Source: a virus (taxonomy: Duplodnaviria > Heunggongvirae > Uroviricota > Caudoviricetes). Taken from it: DNA of 64,000 nucleotides. Below are positions 18,710 to 28,105 of the stretch, piece by piece; positions within the stretch are counted from its first letter, which is position 1; every line of letters starts with the position of its first letter. The notes beneath the pieces are model-generated. The model did no database searches. It was not told the DNA's origin and worked only from the letters and a program-made list of their open reading frames with translations. The stretch is taken from positions 64,001-128,000 of the IMG/VR virus record IMGVR_UViG_3300033069_001798; one strand, 5' to 3'. The position numbers and the translations under genes are program-made.

Positions 18710-19836
18710 AACTTTTCCACAATCTTTAGCGTAAATCTTCCACGCTGCGCAGCAGACGGCGACCACGTGAGCTTCACAATGTCACCCTTGCTCTCTTGGA
18801 TCGTGTTCCAAGAATCAACGTAACGCTGAACTGCACGTTCATCAACGTTGCGGAATTCACCCTTTGAAGGCAAGCGTCCAGAGAAAGGAACAACGTTGCT
18901 GATGTCTAGGCCTTCGTTGAGCCTGCCGTTACGAACGCTGTGCGACGCAATTGTCTCAGAGATCTTAAACACGCTTTTTGCTAGAGCCACGTACTGCGAT
19001 GCAGAGCAGTTTGTATGCAACAGTTCTTTCACTGGATCTTTGGATTCAACGTACTCAGGCAGCATGTGTGAAACACGCCTGGAAGCAGATTCCTTAAGCT
19101 CGTTCCTCTTTAGGTGAAGCTCTTCTCTTTCTTCAAGCAAGTCTTTAACACACTTCAGAAGTTTTTCTATGTCAACTTCAACGCCAGACGTTGCTTTAAC
19201 AGAAGAGCAGTATCTCTTCACAAGAAGCTCTTCCCACTGCCCCTCAAGGTTCGTTCCATAATCTTGGATGAACTTCCTTGCAAGAGATTCGTACCATTGA
19301 TCAGACAGTTCAATATCATCACGTTGCTTCACAGCATCGCCAAGAGCTTCTTCGCCGTACATGTCAAACTGTTCGTCATCAACCTTTGGCTTCGGCAAAC
19401 CAGCTTCGTTTAGCTTCCTGCTCTCAAAGATGACGTTTAGCTCGTCGTCATTCCTGTACTTCTTCTTCATCTCAACGAGAACCTTGAAAGGAACTCGACG
19501 TGCCACGCTGTGACGAACTGCTGGCGATGGATCAGTAGCAAGCTTCAAAAGCTTGCGTTCTGGCAACATTCGAGCTGCAAGATCACGTGCAGCAGATGAT
19601 TTCATCGTCGATAGCTTTGCGCTAAGCTGCTCATCAAAGATTTCATGCTTGCGACCGGTTCTAGCAAGCACATCCAACCTGTAGATGGCTTCTTCAGCAA
19701 CTTGCTGGAGCGAACCAGCAGTGTTGACTGATGGACCCAGCTTCGATGCAACTTCTTCTCGCAGTTCCTTAAGAACAGTTTCCTCATTAAGAACCTTGCT
19801 TACGAGGTTCTGCAGATCTTTCAACCTAACGTGCAT
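18706..19836 (-). CDS. putative virion protein with N-terminal motif and leucine-rich-variant/HEAT-like repeat (ends TTA TGA)
   Basis: MHVRLKDLQNLVSKVLNEE; LATDPSPAVRHSVARR; ATACTTA at 19855-19861. Confidence 0.7.
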   Translation of the reverse strand: MHVRLKDLQNLVSKVLNEETVLKELREEVASKLGPSVNTAGSLQQVAEEAIYRLDVLARTGRKHEIFDEQLSAKLSTMKSSAARDLAARMLPERKLLKLATDPSPAVRHSVARRVPFKVLVEMKKKYRNDDELNVIFESRKLNEAGLPKPKVDDEQFDMYGEEALGDAVKQRDDIELSDQWYESLARKFIQDYGTNLEGQWEELLVKRYCSSVKATSGVEVDIEKLLKCVKDLLEEREELHLKRNELKESASRRVSHMLPEYVESKDPVKELLHTNCSASQYVALAKSVFKISETIASHSVRNGRLNEGLDISNVVPFSGRLPSKGEFRNVDERAVQRYVDSWNTIQESKGDIVKLTWSPSAAQRGRFTLKIVEKL

Positions 19837-19866
19837 AAAGCTTCTCCTACGTTCTAAGTATTGTAC

Positions 19867-20094
19867 TCAACTTGAACCGTGAGATCTGCTATTACTTAGG
19901 CCCATCAGCTCTAGGTACTTTTTTATCAGAACCTTCGTCGAATCTGGAACAAGCATAGATTCTTCATTGAATGCTGGATCATCTAGCAAATCATGATCGT
20001 AGGCTTCATTCAAGAGCCTAAATTGGCTGCGGACCACAGATCGAATCTCTCCGACCGTGGTCCGCAGCGTTTCTGCTTTTTTCTTACCGCTCAC
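19867..20094 (-). CDS. small putative virion protein
   Basis: TTVGEIRSVVRSQFRLLNE resembles the shared motif; ATACTTA at 20101-20107. Confidence 0.55.
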   Translation of the reverse strand: MSGKKKAETLRTTVGEIRSVVRSQFRLLNEAYDHDLLDDPAFNEESMLVPDSTKVLIKKYLELMGLSNSRSHGSS

Positions 20095-20106
20095 ATAGCG
20101 TAAGTA

Positions 20107-20634
20107 TTACATCTTTGGGATAAATGCCTCCCAGTCAGGGTGGTCTGCGGAGGTTTTAGAGATGTCCCAAAAGTGCAACGGCGTTGGGTTCACTGGTGCC
20201 TTCAGGAGGCGCATGTTCGCTTCATCAGGAGTCCTGTTCGCCTTCTTGCGATTGCAAGGCTTGCATGCCGCGACGCAGTTCTTCCACGAAGTGTCTCCAC
20301 CTCGTGAACTTGGATGAACGTGGTCCATCGTGACGGAAGACCAATTAAGCTCTTCAGAGCAATACTGACACTTCCACCCGTCGCGGTTGAACAAGACCTT
20401 TCGCCTGAATCGAGGCTGCTTCCACTTCTTGGTGATTCTTGAAGTCAGCCTGACGGTTGCTGGCACCGCTATCTTCGTGGAAGGCGAAACAAAGTACTCA
20501 CCCGACCACACAGATGGTGCACCGTTCATCTCGACGACTTCGGCATGGCCGATGTACACGAGAACGATTGCACGTTCATCGCTAATGAAATGCAACGGTG
20601 AATAGTCTGCGTTGAGCAACAGGGCGCGGTTCAT
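20107..20634 (-). CDS. HNH endonuclease (McrA-like family)
   Basis: LLLNADYSPL, RDGWKCQYC, TMDHVHPSSRGG.TSWKNCVAACKPCNRKK. Confidence 0.92.
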   Translation of the reverse strand: MNRALLLNADYSPLHFISDERAIVLVYIGHAEVVEMNGAPSVWSGEYFVSPSTKIAVPATVRLTSRITKKWKQPRFRRKVLFNRDGWKCQYCSEELNWSSVTMDHVHPSSRGGDTSWKNCVAACKPCNRKKANRTPDEANMRLLKAPVNPTPLHFWDISKTSADHPDWEAFIPKM

Positions 20635-20652
20635 GGAGTCCTTCCTAAGACA

Positions 20653-20682
20653 ATTGTACTACATAGTTATTGTTTATTGCAC
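20653..20682 (-). promoter_or_regulatory. sigma70-like promoter
   Basis: GTGCAA-N18-TACAAT upstream of ATG 20634. Confidence 0.5.
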
Positions 20683-21633
20683 TTCTTTTGTACTACGATA
20701 AATCAACTCATTGATGAAAGGGTTGAAATATTCTTTGTAGTTGTCTTTTTGACCACCAACTGGGACAAAATTGAGGATGATTTCGATCGGAAGAAGCGTC
20801 CTGATTGGCATCGTCCATCTCTTCAGAAAGTCTGGCATGTTCCATGTAACTCCGGGCTTGTAGCGCGGGATCTTTGAGTTCAAGATGTCTTCAATGAGTT
20901 TAGGTTGTGCCTCTTTCAAGATCTCAATTGCACCCGGCGTGAAACCACCAACGTAACCGTGTTTTTGCGCCCATTTGGTAATTCGTTGGAATGTATACTT
21001 CTCATTGAAATGTTGAAGGTGCAAGATTCCCTTGGCGTTGAGATCTTCCCAGCCTTCTGGAACCAATACTTGGCAGTCTTTTGTGATGCAAACGGCTGCA
21101 TTGTATATGTCAAACTTCTCCATGATTTCTTCTGGTTCACCCCACACAGCCGTCATGATCTGAACGACCTGCCCGTGAAAATTCTTACGAGGTTCAGGTG
21201 CAGGATCTGGATGCTTCCAACACTTCACTTCGATACCAAATCCTGACGTCATGGGCGTCCGATCTTTCATCGAATTTTCAAAATTCCCGTTCAGCTCAAG
21301 AAGAAACGCGTCTAGACCTTCTTTCGTCCGGAACCAAACGTCAATGTCTCCACCACAAACTTTGTAAGCATACGGATGTCTCAGTTCGTAGTTCGTATAC
21401 ATCAAAAACTCTCTCATCGTATCTTCGTCAGGGTCGCCGGCGCGATACTTACCGCAGTTAAGAACTGTGGCAACTTTGTTAGCAAACCCACCGGCAATGT
21501 AAGCGCCGTGCTTGAACGCCATGTCAAGCAAGTTCCATGTTGCATTTGTGAGGAATCCGTTCATTTCAAACCAGCGAATAAAATCACCAGGCGGAATCGA
21601 ACGACTATTGTTGGTAAGAACGTGCAGCTTCAT
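20674..21633 (-). CDS. hypothetical protein with nucleotidyltransferase-like motif
   Basis: GAYIAGGFA...GGDIDVWF (GG...DxD). Confidence 0.45.
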   Translation of the reverse strand: MKLHVLTNNSRSIPPGDFIRWFEMNGFLTNATWNLLDMAFKHGAYIAGGFANKVATVLNCGKYRAGDPDEDTMREFLMYTNYELRHPYAYKVCGGDIDVWFRTKEGLDAFLLELNGNFENSMKDRTPMTSGFGIEVKCWKHPDPAPEPRKNFHGQVVQIMTAVWGEPEEIMEKFDIYNAAVCITKDCQVLVPEGWEDLNAKGILHLQHFNEKYTFQRITKWAQKHGYVGGFTPGAIEILKEAQPKLIEDILNSKIPRYKPGVTWNMPDFLKRWTMPIRTLLPIEIILNFVPVGGQKDNYKEYFNPFINELIYRSTKEVQ

Positions 21634-21813
21634 CTAATCATCATAATCCAGCCCAGCATGCCTCTACAAGGCCCATAGTTTGCACAGGAGCTGCACAGAA
21701 TATTCTTTAAGAATCATTTGATGGATCCACTGCGTCTATACATTCATTCTCTAGAAAGCACTGTGGGCCCAGTTTCCCAGGCCCACGTTAACTTACGTTG
21801 TAGTTTATCTACG

Positions 21814-22092
21814 TAACTTCTTTTCGCTCTTCATCTCAAGAAGCTTTGCATCGATCATGATCAACGCTTGGTTTCCAGCATCGATGATGCGATCAGTTGC
21901 AACAAGGCGCCTGATCATCTTCGTGGCTTTTTCTGCCTTCCACTTTGCTGAAGACTTCCGTGAAACGAGGTTCTGCAACCTCTTTCGCCTGTCTTCGGCA
22001 AATGAGATGCTTCGTGACACTGCATGTCGATCTGCTCGAAGATTCTCTTCGCTGATCTCTATGCCTTCAAGGTTCATCTGTTGATCGTTCAT
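21814..22092 (-). CDS. hypothetical coiled-coil protein; ends at TTA 21814-21816
   Basis: MNDQQMNLEG..., TTA three codons before TAA. Confidence 0.5.
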
Positions 22093-22894
22093 CTGTGCTC
22101 TCTTCCTTTGCGTTGTGTCCGTGGAGGCGGCGGACCGTGGAATCAAAGTACGCCGGGTCTGATTCAATGATCACAAATTTTCTTCCCAATTTTCTAGCTG
22201 CAAAAGCTGTGACGCCCGATCCAGCGAACGGATCGACGACCCACTCATCTGGATCTGTGTGGACTTCTATCATGATCTCGTGCAATCTTTGCTTCTTCTC
22301 TGTGGGATGAAACTTTCCATGCATGATCTCATTGATGTCAGTCCACACGTTTGACCTGCGGTAGAACTCGCTCTTTGCTGGGTACTTCTTGTTGTATCCA
22401 CTGTAGCCCCTCTTCTCGTCAAGAAGCGGGATGTTAAACTTTCGAGGTGCTTTTGACGTGCCGTTGACAAAGTACGCGCACTCTTCTCGCGTGAAGAGGT
22501 AGTTGTACTTCAACCCGTACGCACGGCGCTTCTTCCAAGTTATCAAGTTAGCTAGCTCAAACTTGCCCTCAACCTCTGCTTTCATGACGTAAGCAAAGAA
22601 AGGCCTGAAACCTGGTGATCCTATTCCGCCCCACACGTAGAAAGCTGCTCCCGGAGCGAGGCATGCATCTTTCCATGCATGCGTCCAAGAAGTCATCCAA
22701 CCTGCAAAAGCATCAGCTGTGTCATCAACTCGATCCCACTTGTCTTTCACGACATTTCCGTACGGTGGATCAGCGATGATCAATGGAACTGGTCCAGCTA
22801 GCTCTTTGACGTAATCCATCAAGGCCGGCTGCGTTGAATCTGCTCTTATTGCAACGCCGTCGTTGAATGTTTCAACGTGCCATGGCGAGCTCAT
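22067..22894 (-). CDS. DNA N6-adenine/N4-cytosine methyltransferase (beta class)
   Basis: IADPPY catalytic motif, HPTEK, VVDPFAGSG. Confidence 0.9.
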   Translation of the reverse strand: MSSPWHVETFNDGVAIRADSTQPALMDYVKELAGPVPLIIADPPYGNVVKDKWDRVDDTADAFAGWMTSWTHAWKDACLAPGAAFYVWGGIGSPGFRPFFAYVMKAEVEGKFELANLITWKKRRAYGLKYNYLFTREECAYFVNGTSKAPRKFNIPLLDEKRGYSGYNKKYPAKSEFYRRSNVWTDINEIMHGKFHPTEKKQRLHEIMIEVHTDPDEWVVDPFAGSGVTAFAARKLGRKFVIIESDPAYFDSTVRRLHGHNAKEESTDERSTDEP

Positions 22895-23742
22895 AAAGGC
22901 ACCGTGATGACATTCTGCAAACGTGGTTGCTTGTACTCGGCTTCGCCAACGTGAACAAACAAGTTGTCGCTGATCTGCATGTCACACTTCCCATGAGTGT
23001 GACCAGCAAAGACCTCAAACCTGACCTTTGGAAGCTGTGATGCTGCTTGACGAAGCACGTCACCGAGCATCTTGTTCGTGTACCATGGCTGTGCAGCTGC
23101 ATCGCCAACTTTACCATTGTAGAGATGAGTCTCTTGGAATGGTGGAAAGTGTGTGGCAATCATGATCACTTTGTGATACTTTGCTGCTGCTTTGATGCCA
23201 TTGATGATGTGCGCTGTACCTTCAGACGCTAGCTTCTTCGAGATCTCGATGACCTTAGGTTTGTTAGTCTTATATGAACCGTACGTATCTCCGTATGTGA
23301 CGCAGTGCTCTACGGCAAAATCTTTCACTCTGATCCAGTCATTCATGATCATCGTGCTTGTCATCGGTGATCCGTAACCAGCATCGTACCAACAATCATG
23401 ACCAACAAGAGCTGTTGTTGGTGACAACGTCACGTACGGAGTGTTCGGCAAGTATCGCAAGAACTGCGACATGTTGCTGAGGTTCTTCATCTCAAGACGA
23501 ACATCAGAGACGCCGCCACCCCAGAAATCATGATTTCCAAGGACAAAGTAAACCGGTCGCTGGACAACACGTTCGATGATAGACAAGTGGTACGTTAGAT
23601 CGGCGTACGTTGAAAGATCACCAGTCAAAACGATTGCATCTGGTTGATCGACGATCAACGATTCTGCGAACTGAACGATCTTCTCTGGCGTTTTCTCCAG
23701 AGTGTCAAGATGGATATCTGTGGCCCATGCAATTTTTGGCAT
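22891..23742 (-). CDS. calcineurin-like metallophosphoesterase (ends TTA TGA)
   Basis: TDIH, TGD, GNHD, THFPP, GHTH motifs. Confidence 0.9.
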   Translation of the reverse strand: MPKIAWATDIHLDTLEKTPEKIVQFAESLIVDQPDAIVLTGDLSTYADLTYHLSIIERVVQRPVYFVLGNHDFWGGGVSDVRLEMKNLSNMSQFLRYLPNTPYVTLSPTTALVGHDCWYDAGYGSPMTSTMIMNDWIRVKDFAVEHCVTYGDTYGSYKTNKPKVIEISKKLASEGTAHIINGIKAAAKYHKVIMIATHFPPFQETHLYNGKVGDAAAQPWYTNKMLGDVLRQAASQLPKVRFEVFAGHTHGKCDMQISDNLFVHVGEAEYKQPRLQNVITVPL

Positions 23743-23759
23743 GCGTGAATAATACTCCG

Positions 23760-24545
23760 TTATTCAAACATTTTTTCCAACGCTAGCGGCGTCAGCCAAT
23801 TCGGAACAATTGGTCTGTCATGCCAATGTTCTTCTTGACCCGCAATAGACGAGATGAATGATTCACGAACAAACTTGTAACGTCCACGGACATAACCTCC
23901 TTCTTCCCATTTCACGTAGAGGCCCTCCATCGTGTCGTTCTTGTCAAGTTTCGCTAGGATCTCTTCGTCTGTTTTTTCTGGGTACGCTGCCCTGGCAGAC
24001 TTCACGTAATTTTCATTACGTTGATCAGTCACGAAGTTTGATCTGATGATGAGAGACTGAAGCTCCTTCAACTTCGAGAACTTTCCACTCTTCAAGACCA
24101 ACACAGACTGCAAGTTCAGCGGTGCCAAAAGCTGCATTCTGGACGGCGTATCAAGGTAGAGATTTGTGTCTCGATCGTACACGTCAAACTCCATGAAATA
24201 GTGAGGCAATGCATCGTAAAACATGGTGTGACATGCATACATCCACTCACCGAACATAACGTAACGATCTTCGAGAATGCAGTACAGATCTTCTGTTTTT
24301 GAAGTTGCCCATTGCTTCAAAAGGTTGAATTGAATCTCACGAGGACCACCTCTAAGGTAATGCCCTCGTGATTGCAGCATCAAGCGTTGATCTTCAAAGC
24401 TGATACCAATTTGTGAACCATCAACTTTTTCTTCTACGACAAGATTCTTGCCAGCAAGATCTTCCCACGGAACAGCTTCAAGATCATCGTCTCCGTGTTG
24501 GAAACGACTTCCTCGAATGTGTCGGGTACGATCGTATTTTTTCAC
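23760..24545 (-). CDS. ATP-dependent RNA ligase
   Basis: Motif I EEKVDG, FGEW, FMEFDV, EGLYVK, RYKFV. Confidence 0.85.
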   Translation of the reverse strand: MKKYDRTRHIRGSRFQHGDDDLEAVPWEDLAGKNLVVEEKVDGSQIGISFEDQRLMLQSRGHYLRGGPREIQFNLLKQWATSKTEDLYCILEDRYVMFGEWMYACHTMFYDALPHYFMEFDVYDRDTNLYLDTPSRMQLLAPLNLQSVLVLKSGKFSKLKELQSLIIRSNFVTDQRNENYVKSARAAYPEKTDEEILAKLDKNDTMEGLYVKWEEGGYVRGRYKFVRESFISSIAGQEEHWHDRPIVPNWLTPLALEKMFE

Positions 24546-24546
24546 G

Positions 24547-24804
24547 TTACGCTCTCTTTCTTACCACTCTCTGCGCTGGAATTATGATGTCACAAACGTT
24601 GGATGAACTCTTAAGTTCATCCAAGATGGCATCATGGCAGCTTTCGTTAACTTGAACGTAGCACCGAGATGCCAGCTCTACAGAGTTAGTGTCCCTGTAG
24701 AGCTGATCTACAGCCTCAGCACCCAGTTCGTACAATCGATCAGCGACTTTTTGAAAGTCTTCCACCACAGCGAGGCCGAACATGATGTGCTTCACAGCAC
24801 TCAT
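24547..24804 (-). CDS. hypothetical protein
   Basis: 85-aa ORF in operon. Confidence 0.5.
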   Translation of the reverse strand: MSAVKHIMFGLAVVEDFQKVADRLYELGAEAVDQLYRDTNSVELASRCYVQVNESCHDAILDELKSSSNVCDIIIPAQRVVRKRA

Positions 24805-24840
24805 CGTTGCTGAACCCTTTTCGTGTCAGACAGCAACATG

Positions 24841-25821
24841 CTAAAAATCACCTTCTGCTACTTGAAAAACTGTCAGACCCAATTCACGCCATTTTCTACA
24901 AACCTGATTCCGATCGTCAAGAACGAACAGAACGTTGTACTTCCCACGAACATGAGCATCAAAGAGTTCTTCCTTGATGATGCTGTCCTTTCGCTGATCA
25001 ACTTTAGTCAGATCCAGTTCACCGCGCATGTGCAGCTCGTACGGGATTGCTCTGCCATCCGGCCCCCAGAGCTTCAGATCGATCTCACGGCAGTACTTCT
25101 CGATGAACCTCACAGTTTCTGGACGATACTTCACGTCGCGGCCGCTCATGAAGATGATCTTCACGCCTTGAGCATACATCGCCAGGACCGTTTTGATGAC
25201 AGGCCAGTTCGGCAAATCTTTTTCGTCGCAATCAGTCGCATCGTAAGGCGAACGATCGCCGATGAGAGCAAGCGTACCGTCCAAGTCAACCATGATAGCC
25301 GTTGGAAGATCTGGATTGATCGTCAGTGGATCGCCGCAGCCGATCGGCGGGTAATAAACTTCACGATCAGGCAGCTTTCGTCGACCTTCCAACCCGGCTC
25401 CACGTGCCATGTCACGGATGACCTTCTCACCCACGTGAGCAAAACCTGAGCGCTTCGCATCACGGGCAATTGCCTCTTCTACATCAACGTTGAAAGACTT
25501 CTCGATGACTTTCACGTTGCCGATCGATTCCACGAACGTGTGCAGCTTCTTCACAGTCTGCGGCACAAGGTGCGTGTCGTCCAAGATGACATCGTAACCG
25601 GACTTCAACGCAGCAGACAGCAGGTTGTTCTTCGCCTCACGAACAAACTCTTCACGAGTCTTGTCACCGGTGTGCGGGTTGTTTGCTGGTCCCACTGACA
25701 TAGACCTTAGATCATCTCTATTGATGCGAACCCAGCGTTTTGGCTCCTTTGCAACGAGGCTCGCTGCGAAAGTCGACTTTCCACACCCCGGCAACCCACG
25801 CAAGATGAAAACGGTTCTCAT
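24841..25821 (-). CDS. pseT: polynucleotide 5'-kinase / 3'-phosphatase (T4 PseT-like)
   Basis: GLPGCGKST P-loop, RINRDD, HAD motif VDLDGTLA, FVLDDR. Confidence 0.92.
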   Translation of the reverse strand: MRTVFILRGLPGCGKSTFAASLVAKEPKRWVRINRDDLRSMSVGPANNPHTGDKTREEFVREAKNNLLSAALKSGYDVILDDTHLVPQTVKKLHTFVESIGNVKVIEKSFNVDVEEAIARDAKRSGFAHVGEKVIRDMARGAGLEGRRKLPDREVYYPPIGCGDPLTINPDLPTAIMVDLDGTLALIGDRSPYDATDCDEKDLPNWPVIKTVLAMYAQGVKIIFMSGRDVKYRPETVRFIEKYCREIDLKLWGPDGRAIPYELHMRGELDLTKVDQRKDSIIKEELFDAHVRGKYNVLFVLDDRNQVCRKWRELGLTVFQVAEGDF

Positions 25822-25827
25822 TCTTTT

Positions 25828-25857
25828 ATCCTAACACTGTTAGTGCAATAAGTGCAC
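25828..25857 (-). promoter_or_regulatory. sigma70-like promoter, likely leaderless transcript
   Basis: GTGCAC-N18-TAGGAT, with the -10 box 6 nt before ATG 25821. Confidence 0.5.
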
Positions 25858-25875
25858 TGTCCCAAAATTAGCGAC

Positions 25876-25900
25876 GGCCCGGGTGTATCCTACCCGGGCC
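25876..25900 (-). terminator. GC-rich hairpin downstream of the Y-like RNAs
   Basis: GGCCCGGGT-N7-ACCCGGGCC perfect 9-bp inverted repeat. Confidence 0.55.
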
Positions 25901-25964
25901 ATCTAGAGTTAGTCAACTTATCGTGTTGACGTCGATTTTTTACAGAAAGGGATCACACGTTTAA

Positions 25965-26105
25965 GTTCACCAGTCAGTCCTTAGACGACCTCGCTCTGCC
26001 ATTAAGCTACCGCGCCTTATTTACTGCTTCAGCTGTTCCTGTTGGAACATGGAGGCGCGGGTGAGATTTGAACTCACACTAGTTCGCAATATTCAGCCGG
26101 TGAAC
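25965..26105 (-). ncRNA. Y-RNA (YrlA)-like circularly permuted tRNA mimic #2
   Basis: T-arm GTGAGTTCAAATCTCAC plus CCGCGCCTCCA (26050-26079) precedes GGCGCGG plus D-arm GCTTAATGGCAGAGC (25993-26016). The ends pair GTTCACCGG/CTGGTGAAC. No anticodon arm. Confidence 0.75.
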
Positions 26106-26159
26106 GATTGATTGATCCTTGCATCCTTTATCGACTAAGTGAACCTGTTGCGATAGCTT

Positions 26160-26345
26160 CAGGTTGAGTTGAGATCACCAGTGCGTCTGCCAGTTCCGCC
26201 ACCCCTCCTCATTGATTCGTTCCAAGCATAACTTGAGGTGAATCACTCCTTGACTGTGAGTCAGTGGAGGGGGTAGGATTTGAACCTACAATTTTGCTAG
26301 CTCTCTCTGTTAGCGTAAGGCTGATTTTCAGCTTGCGCAAACCTG
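26160..26345 (-). ncRNA. Y-RNA (YrlA)-like circularly permuted tRNA mimic #1
   Basis: T-arm GTAGGTTCAAATCCTAC plus CCCCTCCA (26265-26290) precedes GGAGGGG plus D-arm GCGGAACTGGCAGACGC (26181-26208). The ends pair CAGGTT/AACCTG. Confidence 0.75.
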
Positions 26346-26352
26346 TTACGGA

Positions 26353-27084
26353 TAAACCGAACAGGTAATCGAAAACGCGGGCTCCAACCTGGACTGGTGG
26401 TGCCTCACGAGCGTTGCATTCCTCACGAGCGAACTTCACTGCACGTTGCAGCTTCTCGACTCGAGCCAGAAGCTCAGCAACTCGCTGAGCCGGAAGAGCT
26501 CCAGAGAACTTCACAGTCTTCCAGAAACCCACGACCTGATCCTCGTAGCCCTCCTTGACTTGGGCTGCGTGCTTGTCAGTCGCCGGAGCAAGGACAAGCG
26601 GGACAAAGACCTTCTTCGTACGAGTCGTCTCGGACGGCTTCGTAGCGTAGCAGTTCACGTTCGGATCCAGAGTCCATTCCTCCGAAGAATCAAGGACGGG
26701 AAGCTTGCTGACGAACGTGTGCAGATCAACCAGCTTCTTCTCGAGGAAGAGAAGGTACGTAACCGGCACGTTCTTCGCAAGAACCACATCACCGACCGTA
26801 AGATCAGTGCGAGCCTCGCAGTTCGCGAAATCCTTCGTCGCAGTGACGTCAAAGAGATCCGTCAAGGTCGACGAGAGCTCCTTGAGGAAATCCGTAGCAT
26901 TCAGCTGAACACGGGACGACTCAGACGGAAGAGCCTCACCAAGCTCGTCCTTCGGACGGTACGTCCGCGAAATTCCCTGCAGGAGGGGAGCCTTCTGCAT
27001 CTTCTGGTAGATCTCAGTGATCGCAGCATGCGCCTTGTTCTTCACCGACTTTTCAACTGCAATGACTTGATTGAGCTTTCCCAT
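26353..27084 (-). CDS. coiled-coil RNA-repair-associated protein (Rot/DUF7873-like); ends at TTA 26353-26355
   Basis: MGKLNQVIAVEK...VPVTYLLFLEKKL...KFSGALP...VFDYLFG. Readthrough of TTA would run through the adjacent RNA. Family recognised from memory. Confidence 0.7.
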
Positions 27085-27151
27085 TTTCTTTCTCCGTCTC
27101 CGTTAGATGTGCTTACTTTACCTTCTGTGCGCCCCATGTTCAAACTAATTT

Positions 27152-28105
27152 TCAGCCATGAATTGCAAGGTAACGCTCAGTGAAATCCACGAGCCATGCA
27201 TTGATCTTCTCCCGATCTGGCTCTTTGCGCACTGTAGAAGTCTTGTACAGCTCTTCACAATCGCTCTCAAGCCTCTCAGCTTCCTCGATGAGGCTATCGT
27301 AGGGACGATGACCGTTACGAATCTCCAGAAGTTCCTCTCTATCGAATCGACGCTTCACGTTAACCTTGCCAGTCTCAAGGATCTCCTTGCACATGCGCAT
27401 CAACCTCATGAGATGCGCGCCATGTTTACTATCATATCCAATCTTTGCTTCGAGCTCTGCTCGAGCAGGATTGCGAGACTTCTTCCAGTGAACGTACTGG
27501 TCATAGTGCGTCTTTGCTGCGGCGTACTGCTTTTCCCTTGTGAACAGAGTCAGGACGCTCTTCGGCACGTCGAGAGCAATACCGCTCTCGATCGCAGAAT
27601 CGTAAGCGCCGAGCTCACTCTTCGAAACACGAGACACGTCGGACAGCCCAAAATCGGATCGTGCTGGGGCGCTCGCGGGAGGGTTCAGCAACCATGCACG
27701 GTGATTCTTGATGCGATGAAGCTGAGAATGAGCGTAGCCCGAGAAAGTGTGCTTCGCCTTCCTGGATATGAAATTGTCTTTGAACTCACGGAGCTCTTCA
27801 CCCCAAGAATTGATGTCGAGGACGTCGCTGTCATCAACGAACAGGATCTCTATGATGTTTGGGTTGCAGTCAGCAGCGAGCCGCACGAACTTATCAAGTG
27901 CAAAGGTCACAGAGTCAACACCACCTGTTTTTGATGCCATCATCTCAGCCTGTTCAAAGTTGTTCAAAAATCCAAAATACCGCTCTTTTGTAGGTACACA
28001 AACAGCCTTGTAATCGATATCTGAACCTGCAATGTTGAGTCCATATGCATATGAACCATGAATTACACGAATGATTGTTCGTGTATCGATATCAAATGTT
28101 GACAT
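27152..28105 (-). CDS. Pol-beta-superfamily nucleotidyltransferase (RlaP-like)
   Basis: HGSYAYGLNIAGSDIDY, NPNIIEILF, GYDSKHGAHLMRL. Confidence 0.85.
   Translation of the reverse strand: MSTFDIDTRTIIRVIHGSYAYGLNIAGSDIDYKAVCVPTKERYFGFLNNFEQAEMMASKTGGVDSVTFALDKFVRLAADCNPNIIEILFVDDSDVLDINSWGEELREFKDNFISRKAKHTFSGYAHSQLHRIKNHRAWLLNPPASAPARSDFGLSDVSRVSKSELGAYDSAIESGIALDVPKSVLTLFTREKQYAAAKTHYDQYVHWKKSRNPARAELEAKIGYDSKHGAHLMRLMRMCKEILETGKVNVKRRFDREELLEIRNGHRPYDSLIEEAERLESDCEELYKTSTVRKEPDREKINAWLVDFTERYLAIHG

Noticed and set aside
25965-26345. Canonical tRNA genes (e.g. a suppressor or Leu tRNA related to the TTA recoding)
   Set aside because: The halves are in permuted order, cross-element acceptor strands do not pair, and there is no anticodon stem-loop.
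26209-26352. 48-aa tail on the coiled-coil protein in the ORF track
   Set aside because: It follows an in-frame TTA and runs through the structured RNA element.
24823-27934. Long plus-strand ORFs 24823..25449, 26446..27183 and 27158..27934
   Set aside because: They are antisense shadows of well-supported minus-strand genes with no recognisable motifs.
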